The position numbers were made by a program, and so were the translations under genes. A stretch of 64,000 bases of DNA, from contig CAXXKJ010000002.1 in assembly GCA_963675295.2 (NCBI GenBank), positions 1,728,001 to 1,792,000 of the forward strand, written 5' to 3'. This document shows positions 30,923 to 40,506 of the stretch, in pieces; the stretch's first letter is position 1, and each line of letters starts with the position of its first letter. The notes beneath the pieces were generated by a model, which saw only the letters and a program-made list of their open reading frames with translations, did not search any database and was not told where the DNA came from. The stretch comes from a bacterium (GTDB taxonomy: Bacteria; Electryoneota; Electryoneia; Electryoneales; Electryoneaceae).

Positions 30923-31479
30923 TCCGAAACCAGCAGCGTGGAAAACGCGTGCACCGTCTTCGAATCAAACAGGCACATCCGGACCTGTTCCAACTGTGTG
31001 TCCTCGTGATCGTTCAGCCAGGATTGGATGCTCGCCAGGATGATCCGAGCCGCCCGGTCGAGCGGGAACGCGTAGATCCCGGTCGAGATCGCCGGCAGGC
31101 TGATGGTCTTGATCTGCAGGTCGGGCTGGCTGGCGATGTCAAGGGCGGAGTGGACGGCGTTCACCAGCTTCTGGTCTTCGTCGCCTTCGCCCCAGCGCGG
31201 GCCGACGGTGTGGATCACGTGCCGCGCGGGCAGATTTCCCGCGGAGGTCCAAGTCGCGTTCCCGACCGGGATCGGTGCAAGCCGGTCGGATTCATCCTGG
31301 ATGATCTGGCCGCCCTTGCGGACAATCGCGCCGGCAACACCGCCACCGTGCTGCAGGTAGCTGTTGGCGGCGTTGACGATCGCGTCAACCGCTTCGATCG
31401 TGATGTCGCCCTGAACCAGCACGAGTTCGACGCCGCACGTATGCCGGACGCTTAAAATCGTTTCGTTTCCGGTAGCCAT
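30916..31479 (-). CDS. Macro domain protein (ADP-ribose/O-acetyl-ADP-ribose hydrolase type)
   Basis: GDIT..AVDAIVNAANSYLQHGGGVAGAI, HVIHTVGP, PAISTGIYAFP. Confidence 0.93.
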   Translation of the reverse strand: MATGNETILSVRHTCGVELVLVQGDITIEAVDAIVNAANSYLQHGGGVAGAIVRKGGQIIQDESDRLAPIPVGNATWTSAGNLPARHVIHTVGPRWGEGDEDQKLVNAVHSALDIASQPDLQIKTISLPAISTGIYAFPLDRAARIILASIQSWLNDHEDTQLEQVRMCLFDSKTVHAFSTLLVSDN

Positions 31480-31751
31480 GATGAGTGCCCCCCACTGTGA
31501 GCCGAAACCCTCTCACGTTGAAGTATTTTGATACGGATTTCCGGGTTCAACCACCACAATTCCCGGCCAAAACCGCCTCTCGAGCGGAACGATCAAGCGG
31601 GGATACCGTTCACGTTGTAGTGTGAAGCCGGTATTATGTTGGTATAACCGTAAAAATGCCTCACTTCGAGACGCTTTCGGAGGCATGCAGATTGCGCTCA
31701 ACACTACTGTTTGGGTAACCTAACCCTAGACGCGAGTCCCTGGGGGGATGC

Positions 31752-32882
31752 ATGGCAAAACTGCTGAAAACACTGGAACGGATCGCCGTGGTCGTGGGGA
31801 TTGGCCTGTCCTTCTTTGCGGTCATCGAAACACTCCGTGCCTACCAGATTCTGTATGATACTCATCCATGGCTCGGCTATGGTTTCCTCGCCGTGGTCGC
31901 GGCATTGCTATTCTATGTCATTTGGCAGCTCCGATCGCTGTTCACTCTCGGCGCGGCGCTGGTACCGCCGGAATTGCCCGGCGAAGGGCCGGTCAGTCCA
32001 AAGCAGGCGAAACGCTTCAAGCAGCACATGCAGCGGGTTTGCGACAGGTTCGGCAGCAACCCGCACCTGGTGACAAAGTCGCGGCAGCTGGACAGGTTGC
32101 GTGAAGCCGTGGACGCCTTGCCGGAACCCACTGGCGACGGCTCGAACGTGCGCGATGCGGTCCTCGCGGTCGAACGCGATCACGTTTCGCCGCTGCTGAC
32201 CGTGCTTGATGAGGCGGCGGAAGCGGTGGTCTCGGACAATGTCGGGATTGTGTCGGTGGGGACGGCGCTATCGCCCTATCGCAGTGTCGACATGTACATC
32301 GTGCTCGCGCGCAACACGCGGATGATCAATCGGATTCTCGCGATTTACCGTACCCGGCCGACGACACGTGAGACGGTGCGGGTGTTCTACGACATCTTCC
32401 GCGTGGTCGCGGCGATTAATCTGCTCAACGCGATGGACAATGTCTGGGCCGGATTGGGCCGGCATGTTCCGTTCCTCGGACGGTACGGCGAGGCGATGAG
32501 CGAAGGGATGTTCAGCGGGCTGCTGACCAGTGTCGCCGGGCATGCCGCGATCGACCGTTGCCGCAGTTACCGGCCGTGGTCGCAGGAAGAAGCAGTGCGG
32601 AAGTATCGTGGAAAGCTGCATCGCTGGTCGCTGGATGTGTTCGGCATCCTCAAGCGGCACAGCTTCGACAAGCTGAAACGTAAGCCGAAGGAACCGTCGC
32701 CGGAGGATGTCGACCTGGCGGTGGACGAAGCGTTGTTCGAGCAGGAAATGGAACAGGGCGACGGCGACAAGGCGTGGTGGAATCCGTTCGGGCGGAAACG
32801 CGGGACTGGCGAGCCCAGCGAATCCGAAGAACAGGTGGAACCGCCTGATCCAGCTGAATCTACCCGGCCGGCGTCTTCGTAA
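31752..32882 (+). CDS. DUF697/YcjF-like membrane protein
   Basis: Two N-terminal TM segments, TALSPYRSVDMYIV...RMINRILAIY..RP, EGMFSGLLT, CRSYRP. Confidence 0.7.
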   Translation: MAKLLKTLERIAVVVGIGLSFFAVIETLRAYQILYDTHPWLGYGFLAVVAALLFYVIWQLRSLFTLGAALVPPELPGEGPVSPKQAKRFKQHMQRVCDRFGSNPHLVTKSRQLDRLREAVDALPEPTGDGSNVRDAVLAVERDHVSPLLTVLDEAAEAVVSDNVGIVSVGTALSPYRSVDMYIVLARNTRMINRILAIYRTRPTTRETVRVFYDIFRVVAAINLLNAMDNVWAGLGRHVPFLGRYGEAMSEGMFSGLLTSVAGHAAIDRCRSYRPWSQEEAVRKYRGKLHRWSLDVFGILKRHSFDKLKRKPKEPSPEDVDLAVDEALFEQEMEQGDGDKAWWNPFGRKRGTGEPSESEEQVEPPDPAESTRPASS

Positions 32883-32936
32883 AAAAAACTGGGACTGGGA
32901 CGAGTGTCCCGGATTTGCCATAGACAGGGAATGTGG

Positions 32937-33776
32937 ATGCGCGGCTTCATTGACCGTTTCTGGAAGTTCATCACTTCGCTGGAACTGACCATCGTGCTGC
33001 TGGTGCTGCTCGCGCTGGGGCTGGTGTTCGGCACCGTGGTTGAGGCAAAGGAAGGCCTGCAGGCGGCGATTGACAGGGTGTACCAGAGTCCAATCTACGA
33101 CGCGTTGATCGCGTTGTTCGGCCTCAACCTGATCGCGTGCACGCTGAAGCGGTATCCGTACCAGATGCACCAAGCACCGTGGCTGCTGACCCACGTCGGA
33201 ATCACCATCATCCTGATCGGCGCGGTTTATGGCCGTAACGGGGAAGAGGATGGCACCCTGTTCCTGATGGAAGGCGAGCCGACGGCCTCCTACTTCATCA
33301 TGAAGGAAGGGCAGGACCCGATCGAAGTGCCGCTCGATTTCACGTTGACGTTGCAGGAATTTGAACTCGAAACGTACCCCGGCACGCAATCCGCGAGCGA
33401 ATACCGCAGCCACATTGAGCTGGTTGACGAAGCCCGCAACAAGCAGTTCACGCAGATCGTCAAGGTCAATCATCCGATCAACTACCGTGGCTATGTCATC
33501 GCGCAGCAGTCGTACCAGCTCGGCGGGCCGATGGTCGGCGATGTGTCGGTGCTGTCGATCCTGCGCAATCCGGGGATGACGGTGCTGTTCGTTGGCTTCG
33601 TCGTATTGTCGGTGGGCCTTATCCTGATCGTGTTCCTCAAACCGTGGCTGATGAAGAAGTTCCCGCCGCGTCCGAAGGTGCCCAAACCGAAACAGGTGGT
33701 CCATCATCCGGGGGTAAATGGCAATTCCCCGGAACCGGCGACCGATCCCGAAACTCCGACGAGAATCAACGCGTAG
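32937..33776 (+). CDS. resB: Cytochrome c biogenesis protein ResB/CcsB-like
   Basis: FITSLELTIVLL, NLIACTLKR, LTHVGITIILIG, FELETYPGT..ASEYRS, VNHPINYRGY; adjacent to ccsA. Confidence 0.82.
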   Translation: MRGFIDRFWKFITSLELTIVLLVLLALGLVFGTVVEAKEGLQAAIDRVYQSPIYDALIALFGLNLIACTLKRYPYQMHQAPWLLTHVGITIILIGAVYGRNGEEDGTLFLMEGEPTASYFIMKEGQDPIEVPLDFTLTLQEFELETYPGTQSASEYRSHIELVDEARNKQFTQIVKVNHPINYRGYVIAQQSYQLGGPMVGDVSVLSILRNPGMTVLFVGFVVLSVGLILIVFLKPWLMKKFPPRPKVPKPKQVVHHPGVNGNSPEPATDPETPTRINA

Positions 33777-33854
33777 AGCGATTTCTTCGAATCAAACACC
33801 CGGCGGCTGCATCCAAGCAGCGAGTTTGGAAGCCCTAACAAGGTTGGATCCGAG

Positions 33855-35543
33855 ATGATGAAGAAGACGGCTGGCATATTCCTGATCGCACTGATGATAC
33901 TCGGCGCAGGTGATCTGGCAACGGCGGCGTTGCCCGGCACGGCGGACGAGAACATCCGTTCGCTGGCGATTCAGAGCGGTGGACGTGTGCGCACGTTCGA
34001 CGCCTGGGCGCGTGACGTGGTCCATGACATCACAGGCAAGCACACGTGGAAGGGCGAGGATCCGACCGAGACCGTGTTGCGCTGGATGTCGGACACGCAG
34101 GCGGCATATGTCGAAGACGTATTTCCGTTGGTGCACGAACCGTTACGCGCGATGATCGGGCTGGACGGTTCCGATCCAACCCTGTTTTCGATGGAAACGC
34201 TGGTCAACAATGACGCGCTGGTGCGAATCGCGGAACAGTCGCAGGAGGCGACCGCGGCAGGTCGTGACATGACGGTCGAACAGGGCAAGGCGGCTGGGGT
34301 GTTCAATCGTGTCAGCGTGCTGCACGGTCTGTTGACACGTGACAAGGTGATGCTGATTCCGCCGCTGGAAGGTGAACAGGTGTGGCGCAGCGTCAATTCG
34401 ATCATGGCAGACAGCACCGCCCCCGGCGCGACGGTCGCGCTGGCGTGGACCGGCCTGATGGAAGCCTACAAGCGCGACAACGCCGAGATGGTGGAACGGT
34501 CGGCGCGGGTGCTGAATGAGGAGTTGAACGCATGGTACGGGGACGACGTCGACACCGCCCATTTGCAGGCTGAATTGCTGTACCGCAAGATCGACCCGTG
34601 GTCGATCGCCAAGTGGTTGTATGTCGCGGCGATCCTGATGGCGATCGCGGCTACGTTTGTCAAGAAGCCGTGGATCGAGATGAGCCCGCGCCTGCTGTTG
34701 CTGCTCGGGTTCCTCGTGCACACCGGCGGGCTGGCGCTGCGTTGGTACATCGCGCAACGTGCGCCGTGGTCGAACATGTATGAGTCGATTACTACGGCGG
34801 CGTGGGGCGCGGTGCTATTTGGTCTGTTCAAGTACCGTGGCGCGGCGGCGAAGATCATTGCACCTTCGGCGGCGTTCGTCGGCTTCAGCAGCCTGTTTAT
34901 CGCCGCTCATCACAGCCTCGATCCGAGTATTAATCCGTTGGTTCCGGCGTTGCAGAGCTACTGGCTTAACATTCATGTGATCGTGATCCTGCTCGGGTAT
35001 GCCTCCGCGACCTTCGCGGCGGTGCTCGGCCATGTCTGGATCGTCAACGATACCTTCCGTCCGAAGGCGGCGAAGAAGCTTCTCGGCGGGGTGTACAACG
35101 CGATCTACCGCATGTTCCAATTCAGCGTGCTGTTCCTGATCGTCGGGATTCTGCTCGGGTCGGTCTGGGCGCACAGCGCGTGGGGCCGGTACTGGGGCTG
35201 GGACCCGAAGGAAACCTGGGCGTTGATCACCTGGATCTACTACCTCGGCCTGATCCACGCGGGGTACGCTGGACGTATTCGTGAACGAGGCATGGCGGTC
35301 GCGTCAGTGATCGGCTTCCTGCTGGTGCTGATGACCTATTACGGCGTCAACTACTTCCTCAGCGGGCTGCATACCTATGCCTCCGGCAACGCCTACGAGA
35401 TCCCGATGTCGGTGATTGTGTATGTCTCGCTCGAGGTTCTGTTCCTCGTGGCGTACGCGGTGCACCGGATCAGGAAAGGCAAGCAGGAACGGGACGCGAA
35501 AGCCGCGCGGGCCTCGAGCAAACCGGCGCTGGAATCGCGCTAA
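33855..35543 (+). CDS. ccsA: Cytochrome c biogenesis protein CcsA/ResC with N-terminal periplasmic domain
   Basis: WWD domain WAHSAWGRYWGWDPKETW, PWSNMYES, LQSYWLNIHV, GVNYFLSGLHTYA. Confidence 0.93.
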   Translation: MMKKTAGIFLIALMILGAGDLATAALPGTADENIRSLAIQSGGRVRTFDAWARDVVHDITGKHTWKGEDPTETVLRWMSDTQAAYVEDVFPLVHEPLRAMIGLDGSDPTLFSMETLVNNDALVRIAEQSQEATAAGRDMTVEQGKAAGVFNRVSVLHGLLTRDKVMLIPPLEGEQVWRSVNSIMADSTAPGATVALAWTGLMEAYKRDNAEMVERSARVLNEELNAWYGDDVDTAHLQAELLYRKIDPWSIAKWLYVAAILMAIAATFVKKPWIEMSPRLLLLLGFLVHTGGLALRWYIAQRAPWSNMYESITTAAWGAVLFGLFKYRGAAAKIIAPSAAFVGFSSLFIAAHHSLDPSINPLVPALQSYWLNIHVIVILLGYASATFAAVLGHVWIVNDTFRPKAAKKLLGGVYNAIYRMFQFSVLFLIVGILLGSVWAHSAWGRYWGWDPKETWALITWIYYLGLIHAGYAGRIRERGMAVASVIGFLLVLMTYYGVNYFLSGLHTYASGNAYEIPMSVIVYVSLEVLFLVAYAVHRIRKGKQERDAKAARASSKPALESR

Positions 35544-35619
35544 TTGCAGGCAATAGGCTGCAGGCTGTGGGCCATGTGCTGTAAACTCTTGGTTTTACGC
35601 TGAACTGTGCCAATGAAGT

Positions 35620-35646
35620 GTGCCCGTGTCAGCTTGCTGACGCGGA
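35620..35646. repeat. REP-like hairpin, copy 2
   Basis: GTGCCCGTGT-CAGC-TT-GCTG-ACGCGGA, the reverse complement of the 38234/46318 family. Confidence 0.75.
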
Positions 35647-35741
35647 TATGATGCCCGTGGGCTGAAGTGACCTTGTGTGGCCCGACTTGGTATTGTTGTC
35701 CAAGTCGGGTGTCATGGGTGCTGTCGAGACACAAGGTTTTA

Positions 35742-35776
35742 CTCATATCTCAGATCTCATATCTCACGTCTCGAGC
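35742..35776. repeat. Heptamer tandem repeat (CTCANAT x5)
   Basis: ctcatat ctcagat ctcatat ctcacgt ctcgagc. Confidence 0.65.
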
Positions 35777-35791
35777 CAGTTATCTTCATAT

Positions 35792-35854
35792 AGCCCAGAA
35801 CCCAGAGCCCAGAGCCCAGAGCCCAGAACCCAGAGCCCAGAGCCCAGAGCCCTA
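35792..35854. repeat. Heptamer tandem repeat (ARCCCAG x9)
   Basis: Eight AGCCCAG/AACCCAG units plus a final AGCCCTA, ending 13 bp before the CDF start codon. Confidence 0.9.
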
Positions 35855-35867
35855 ACTTGAGTCCCCC

Positions 35868-36491
35868 ATGAACGATTCAACCTCCTTCTGGCTGAAACGC
35901 GCGTTGTGGCTGGTCGTGTTCACGATGGCCTACAACCTGATCGAGGCCGGGATCGCGTTGTGGTCCGGTGTCGAGGCGGACAGCATCGCGCTGGTCGGAT
36001 TCGGTCTGGACAGCCTGATCGAGCTGGCGGCGGCGACGGTCCTGTTGTGGCGGCTGCGGTTGCAGATCAGCGGTACGCTGAACGAGGAGCAGCTCGAGGC
36101 GACCGAGGGCCGGGTGCACAAGTTTGTCGGCGTGACGTTTTTCCTGCTCGCGGCGTATGTACTGATCCAATCGGTGTGGACGTTGTGGACGAAGGACATT
36201 CCGTCCGAAAGTACCATCGGGATTGTGCTGGCGGTTGCATCGTTGATCATCATGCCGGTGCTGGCGTGGGGCAAGCTGAAGGCGGCTGCGGAGTTGAACA
36301 GCGGCGCATTGCGGTCGGAAGCGAAGGAGACGCTTGCGTGCACGTACCTCTCGTTCACCTTGCTGCTCGGGCTGGTACTGAACGCATGGCTCGGCTGGTG
36401 GTGGGCCGATCCGGTGGCCGCGTTGCTGATGGTCCCGTGGCTGGTGAAGGAAGGGTTCGAGGGCTTCGAGGACGAGGATGATGACGACTGA
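35868..36491 (+). CDS. Cation diffusion facilitator-like transporter (TM domain only)
   Basis: YNLIEAGIAL, SIALVGFGLDSLIE, SGALRSEAKET, GWWWADPVAAL. Confidence 0.85.
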   Translation: MNDSTSFWLKRALWLVVFTMAYNLIEAGIALWSGVEADSIALVGFGLDSLIELAAATVLLWRLRLQISGTLNEEQLEATEGRVHKFVGVTFFLLAAYVLIQSVWTLWTKDIPSESTIGIVLAVASLIIMPVLAWGKLKAAAELNSGALRSEAKETLACTYLSFTLLLGLVLNAWLGWWWADPVAALLMVPWLVKEGFEGFEDEDDDD

Positions 36492-36646
36492 CAGGCTGCG
36501 GACTGTGGGCTCCGGTCAGTGGGACAATCCCAAACATTTCTTATCCAAAAGTTAGTCTTTCCTGTTTTTTGTCTGTGGATTGCGTACACTATAAGTAACC
36601 CCCATCCAGACCCGGAAATCGGTAGCCCCCCGGATCGGATTCGACG

Positions 36647-38110
36647 ATGGTTACGCGCCACACATTCCCGTCCCCTGTCACACACGACAAAACGATCCTG
36701 ATCCCGCAACGCATCCTCCTGTTGCTGATCGTTTTCGCTCTGCTGATCACACTCCTGCTGTTGGTGCTGTCGCTGAGCTGGGCTCCCTCCGCGCACGCCT
36801 TCGTGCCGGTGGACTCGATTCCGTCGCCACGGCTGACCATGGACGTCGAGGGGCACCCGCTGAGCATTCCGTACCTCTGCAACCGGCAGTTCGGCGAAGT
36901 GCATCCAGAGGTGAAACGGGCGGTGATCATGCTGCATGCCGGCAACCGTCGCGCGGTCAACCATTTCAACATCATGCTCTCGACCGCGCTGGACTACGGG
37001 CACGCCGGCGACTACACGTTAATCTTCACCCCGCAATTCCTCTACTGGGTCGATTTCGGCGAGTGGGACCTGGAGGATGATGTGCTTTACTGGATGTATT
37101 TCGAGTGGTACATCGGAAATCTCTCGGGCAACATTGACCAGCTCCCGCGTCCCGCGCAGATCAGCAGCTTCGCGATCATCGACACCATCATGCACCGGAT
37201 TGTCGACACCTGTCCGAACCTGGAGGTGTTGATCCTGACCGGCAATTCGGCGGGCGGGAAGATGACCAGCCTGTATTCGGCGGGCGGACGTGCACTTGAC
37301 GACATGCCGTCATTCCAACGGCCCGAACTGTTCTACATGTCGGTGAACAACGGGCATTTCATGTACCTCAACGACGAACGCCCGGTGCCGGGCAACCCCA
37401 ACGAATTCGCCTACCCGGAGCAGCAGTATATCGACCTCTGTCCGACGTGGAATGACTATCCGTTCGGGATGAACGCGTTGAATGTGTACATGGCAGCGCA
37501 GGGCCGGGCACGCCTGTACCGCAATCTGCTGCGGCGGGAAACCCACTACATGATCGGCGAGCTCGAGGACAACCCGGTGGAAACGTTTTGCGAGGCGTTG
37601 TTCCAGGGCGAGCACCGGCTCGAACGGCATCTGATCTACGAAGCGTACCTCGACTACCTGTACGGCGAGCCGGTGGAGAATGTGACGTTGCATGTGATCG
37701 AAGGCGTCGGCCACGCGGCGAACGTGATCTACCACAAACCGCTGCTGCAGGAGTATTTGTTCTCATATCTCGGCGCGGACCCAACGCATCCGCCGGACGG
37801 AACCTATCCGACATCGGTCACGACGGAACAATCCTCTCGAGATCTGCCAGACGTGCAGATCGGCCCGAATCCGGTTCGTGTCGGGGAGATGCTGACGGTG
37901 CGTGTGACGGGGACAGCGGCGACGGACGTGCGGCTGTACGATGTGCTCGGGCGGCTGGTGGCGAGGCGAGTGGTGACCGCGTCCGTATCCATGCTGGGTA
38001 CGCCGGCCTCGGTCACGTTCGAGACCGATCATCTCGCGAGTGGGGTGTACGTGGTGCGTGCAACAGGGCCAGACGCGGAGCAGTGGCGGAAGGTGGTCCT
38101 GCTGCACTAA
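36647..38110 (+). CDS. Secreted alpha/beta-hydrolase-fold protein with T9SS CTD
   Basis: VIMLHAG, nucleophile elbow TGNSAGG, IEGVGH; C-terminal GPNPV...YDVLGRLV...LASGVYVV. Confidence 0.75.
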   Translation: MVTRHTFPSPVTHDKTILIPQRILLLLIVFALLITLLLLVLSLSWAPSAHAFVPVDSIPSPRLTMDVEGHPLSIPYLCNRQFGEVHPEVKRAVIMLHAGNRRAVNHFNIMLSTALDYGHAGDYTLIFTPQFLYWVDFGEWDLEDDVLYWMYFEWYIGNLSGNIDQLPRPAQISSFAIIDTIMHRIVDTCPNLEVLILTGNSAGGKMTSLYSAGGRALDDMPSFQRPELFYMSVNNGHFMYLNDERPVPGNPNEFAYPEQQYIDLCPTWNDYPFGMNALNVYMAAQGRARLYRNLLRRETHYMIGELEDNPVETFCEALFQGEHRLERHLIYEAYLDYLYGEPVENVTLHVIEGVGHAANVIYHKPLLQEYLFSYLGADPTHPPDGTYPTSVTTEQSSRDLPDVQIGPNPVRVGEMLTVRVTGTAATDVRLYDVLGRLVARRVVTASVSMLGTPASVTFETDHLASGVYVVRATGPDAEQWRKVVLLH

Positions 38111-38192
38111 GAAGCTGTCCAACGGCGCACAAAAATGGTCTTGAACAGACAGCTGCTGAGGTGGCGTCGCGGCTTCGATCAAGATACTCTTT

Positions 38193-38212
38193 CCACGGAC
38201 TTAAGTCCGTGG
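38193..38212. repeat. Perfect 20-bp palindrome, solo copy of the IS1182 target repeat
   Basis: CCACGGACTTAAGTCCGTGG, identical to the core of the repeats at 50646 and 52296. Confidence 0.85.
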
Positions 38213-38233
38213 TAATGCTTAGGTTTTTCGCAG

Positions 38234-38260
38234 TCCGCGTCCGCAAGCGGACACGGGCAC
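38234..38260. repeat. REP-like hairpin, copy 3
   Basis: TCCGCGT-CCGC-AA-GCGG-ACACGGGCAC. Confidence 0.75.
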
Positions 38261-38268
38261 ATCTTCAC

Positions 38269-38298
38269 CCGCAGTCACAACCACAGCCACAACCACAA
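38269..38298. repeat. Hexamer tandem repeat (CCACAR x5)
   Basis: ccgcag tcacaa ccacag ccacaa ccacaa, abutting the symporter stop codon. Confidence 0.65.
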
Positions 38299-38299
38299 C

Positions 38300-40042
38300 C
38301 TATTTCGGCTTGATATTCTCGACTTTCATCCACCACCAGCCGACCATGCCGAGTCCCATGAAGACAGCGGCGAACCATCCGACCATCGGCAGCCAGTTGT
38401 GGAAGATGGCATGCCCGATGCCGAACATCAGCCCGAAGGTGAGCATCATCCCGCCGAGCCAGCCGACGAGGTCATGTTTCAGGAACGGCCGGTGCTTGTG
38501 GCCGTGGTTGTAGAGCGCTTCCGGGGTGAATTGCCAGCGGATTTTCCGCCACGCGCCCGGCGGTTGGATCTTGAGGTAGAAGCGGCGCAACGTGCTGCCG
38601 CTCGAGGCGGGTGTCCACGCCATCACCGGCAGCCAGACCAACGCCGAGCCGAACGCAATGACCATGATCCGTAGTTGGAAGGCCATTTCGACACCGCTGA
38701 GGTAGATCCAGGTGCTGATGACGGTTGATGCGATCATCGCGGCGATCTCCGCCCATGCATTCACCCGCCACCAGAACCAGCGGAGGATCAGCACCGGTCC
38801 GGTTCCGGCACCGAAGGCGATGATGAACTTGAACGCTTCGGTCACCGAGTCGATCATCTGCGCGATCAGGGCGGTGATCACCAGCAGCAGCAGCATCGAA
38901 ACCTTGGCCGCCCAGAGGTAGTGTTTCTCCGACTTGTTCGGTGCGATCCAGCGGCGGTAGAGGTCGTGCGTGAGGTACGACGATCCCCAGTTGAGCTGCG
39001 TGTCGATGGTGGACATGAACGCCGCCAGCAGCCCGGCGACGAGGAAGCCGGTCCATGGTGACGGCAGCAGCTCGACGATCATCTTCGGGTAGGCCATTTC
39101 GTCGTCGGCGAGGTTCGGGTACAGCACGAGGCTCGCCAGCGCGGCCAGCACCCACGGCCATGTGCGCAGTGCATAGTGGGCAACGTTAAACCACAAAGTC
39201 GCGGCGAACGCGTGCCCCTCGGATTTCGCCGCAGACATGCGCTGGATGACCTTCCCCCCGCCGTCCGAGTTGATGTTTGCCCACCATTGGATCGAGGCGT
39301 AGACGACAAACCCGCCGAACGCGCTGGTCCAGAACTTGAGGCTGCCAGGTCCGGCGAACTGCGGCACGTCGGGCAGGAACTGGATCTTTTCGTAAGGGAC
39401 AACCGCGAGGATCGACTCCATCCCGCCAGCGGCGTTAACCGCGACAATCGCGAGCACAATCGCGCCGACCAATGCGATGACGAACTGGGCGACGTCGGTG
39501 ACCACCACGCCCCAGAAGCCGGCCATGAAGCTGTAGGTGACGGCCAGTCCGGCGGCGCCGAGCACACCGGCCCATTTTGGCCCACCCCAGACCGCGGCGA
39601 TGATCTTCGCCATTGCGAGCACGACCCAGCTCATGGCAATGGTATTGATCAGCAGCGCCATCCAGCCGGCTTTGAAGGTGCGCAGGATCGCGCCGCCCTT
39701 GCCGCCGTAACGGATCTCGGCCAGTTCGAGGTCGGTGACGACTTCCGCTCGCCGCCACAGACGCGACAGCAGGAATGCGCTGAACAGGCCGCCAATTCCG
39801 AACGACCACCACTGCCAGTTGAGCGCGATGCCTTCCGAACGGACGAGTTTTGTGACGTACAACGGCGTATCACAGGAGAAGCTGGTGGCGACCATGCTGG
39901 TGCCGGCAATCCACCACGGGAGGCCGCGGCTGGAGAGGAAGTAGGAATTGGTGTCGGTGTGCGCTCGCCTGGTGAATCGTGCGCCGATGTAGAACACGAT
40001 CAGCAGGTATCCGATTACCACCGCGAGGTCGGCTACAGTCAT
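38300..40042 (-). CDS. Sodium:solute symporter (SSS) family protein
   Basis: YFLSSRGLPWWIAGTSMVATSFS, GFWGVVVTDVAQF, IQRMSAAK, LAAFMSTIDTQLNWGSSY; start ATG 40042. Confidence 0.92.
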   Translation of the reverse strand: MTVADLAVVIGYLLIVFYIGARFTRRAHTDTNSYFLSSRGLPWWIAGTSMVATSFSCDTPLYVTKLVRSEGIALNWQWWSFGIGGLFSAFLLSRLWRRAEVVTDLELAEIRYGGKGGAILRTFKAGWMALLINTIAMSWVVLAMAKIIAAVWGGPKWAGVLGAAGLAVTYSFMAGFWGVVVTDVAQFVIALVGAIVLAIVAVNAAGGMESILAVVPYEKIQFLPDVPQFAGPGSLKFWTSAFGGFVVYASIQWWANINSDGGGKVIQRMSAAKSEGHAFAATLWFNVAHYALRTWPWVLAALASLVLYPNLADDEMAYPKMIVELLPSPWTGFLVAGLLAAFMSTIDTQLNWGSSYLTHDLYRRWIAPNKSEKHYLWAAKVSMLLLLVITALIAQMIDSVTEAFKFIIAFGAGTGPVLILRWFWWRVNAWAEIAAMIASTVISTWIYLSGVEMAFQLRIMVIAFGSALVWLPVMAWTPASSGSTLRRFYLKIQPPGAWRKIRWQFTPEALYNHGHKHRPFLKHDLVGWLGGMMLTFGLMFGIGHAIFHNWLPMVGWFAAVFMGLGMVGWWWMKVENIKPK

Positions 40043-40506
40043 AGATCCTGGAAGCTGTGTTCGGCTCGTTGGATGGCTGCGGTAATGGTGTCGTGGCTGG
40101 TGGCGTCGAGCAGATCCTTGCGCAGCGACGGTTGCTGGCACAGCCGGGAGATACGGCTGAGCAGTTTCAGGTGCAACGGGACATCGCCATCCGGCGACAG
40201 CAGCAGGAAAATCAAGCGTACCGGCTCGCCGTCAATCGAATCGAACGCGATGCCCTGCTTGGTGCGTCCCAGAGCGACAACGGGTTTGTTCAGCCCGATC
40301 AGCGTGGTGTGCGGAACCGCGACACCCTGCCCGACACCGGTGGAGAGCGCACGTTCGCGTTCCATCACACGGTCGAGGACATCTTTTTCCGTGAGGCCGT
40401 GCGCGAGCGCCACGCGTTTGACGAGGGACTTGATGGCGGTGTCCTTCGTCCGGTTGCGCAGGTTCAGTTCGACAGCGTCCGGAACAATCAGATCACTGAA
40501 TCGCAT
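40039..40506 (-). CDS. PTS EIIA domain protein (fructose/mannitol/Ntr type)
   Basis: MERERALSTGVGQGVAVPH (phospho-His), GIAFDSIDGEPVRLIFLLL, HLKLLSRISRL; start ATG 40506. Confidence 0.92.
   Translation of the reverse strand: MRFSDLIVPDAVELNLRNRTKDTAIKSLVKRVALAHGLTEKDVLDRVMERERALSTGVGQGVAVPHTTLIGLNKPVVALGRTKQGIAFDSIDGEPVRLIFLLLSPDGDVPLHLKLLSRISRLCQQPSLRKDLLDATSHDTITAAIQRAEHSFQDL

Noticed and set aside
32268-33707. 479-aa minus-strand ORF
   Set aside because: Antisense to DUF697 and resB; no recognisable domain.
35580-35740. NiCo (czcD) riboswitch upstream of the CDF transporter
   Set aside because: The conserved four-way junction sequences were not found; the hairpins are better explained as dispersed repeats.
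35792-35854. CRISPR array
   Set aside because: 7-bp units with no spacers; no cas genes in the window.
35667-35860. Short ORFs encoding PEPRAQS repeats
   Set aside because: Translation artefact of the heptamer tract; no SD or coding signal.
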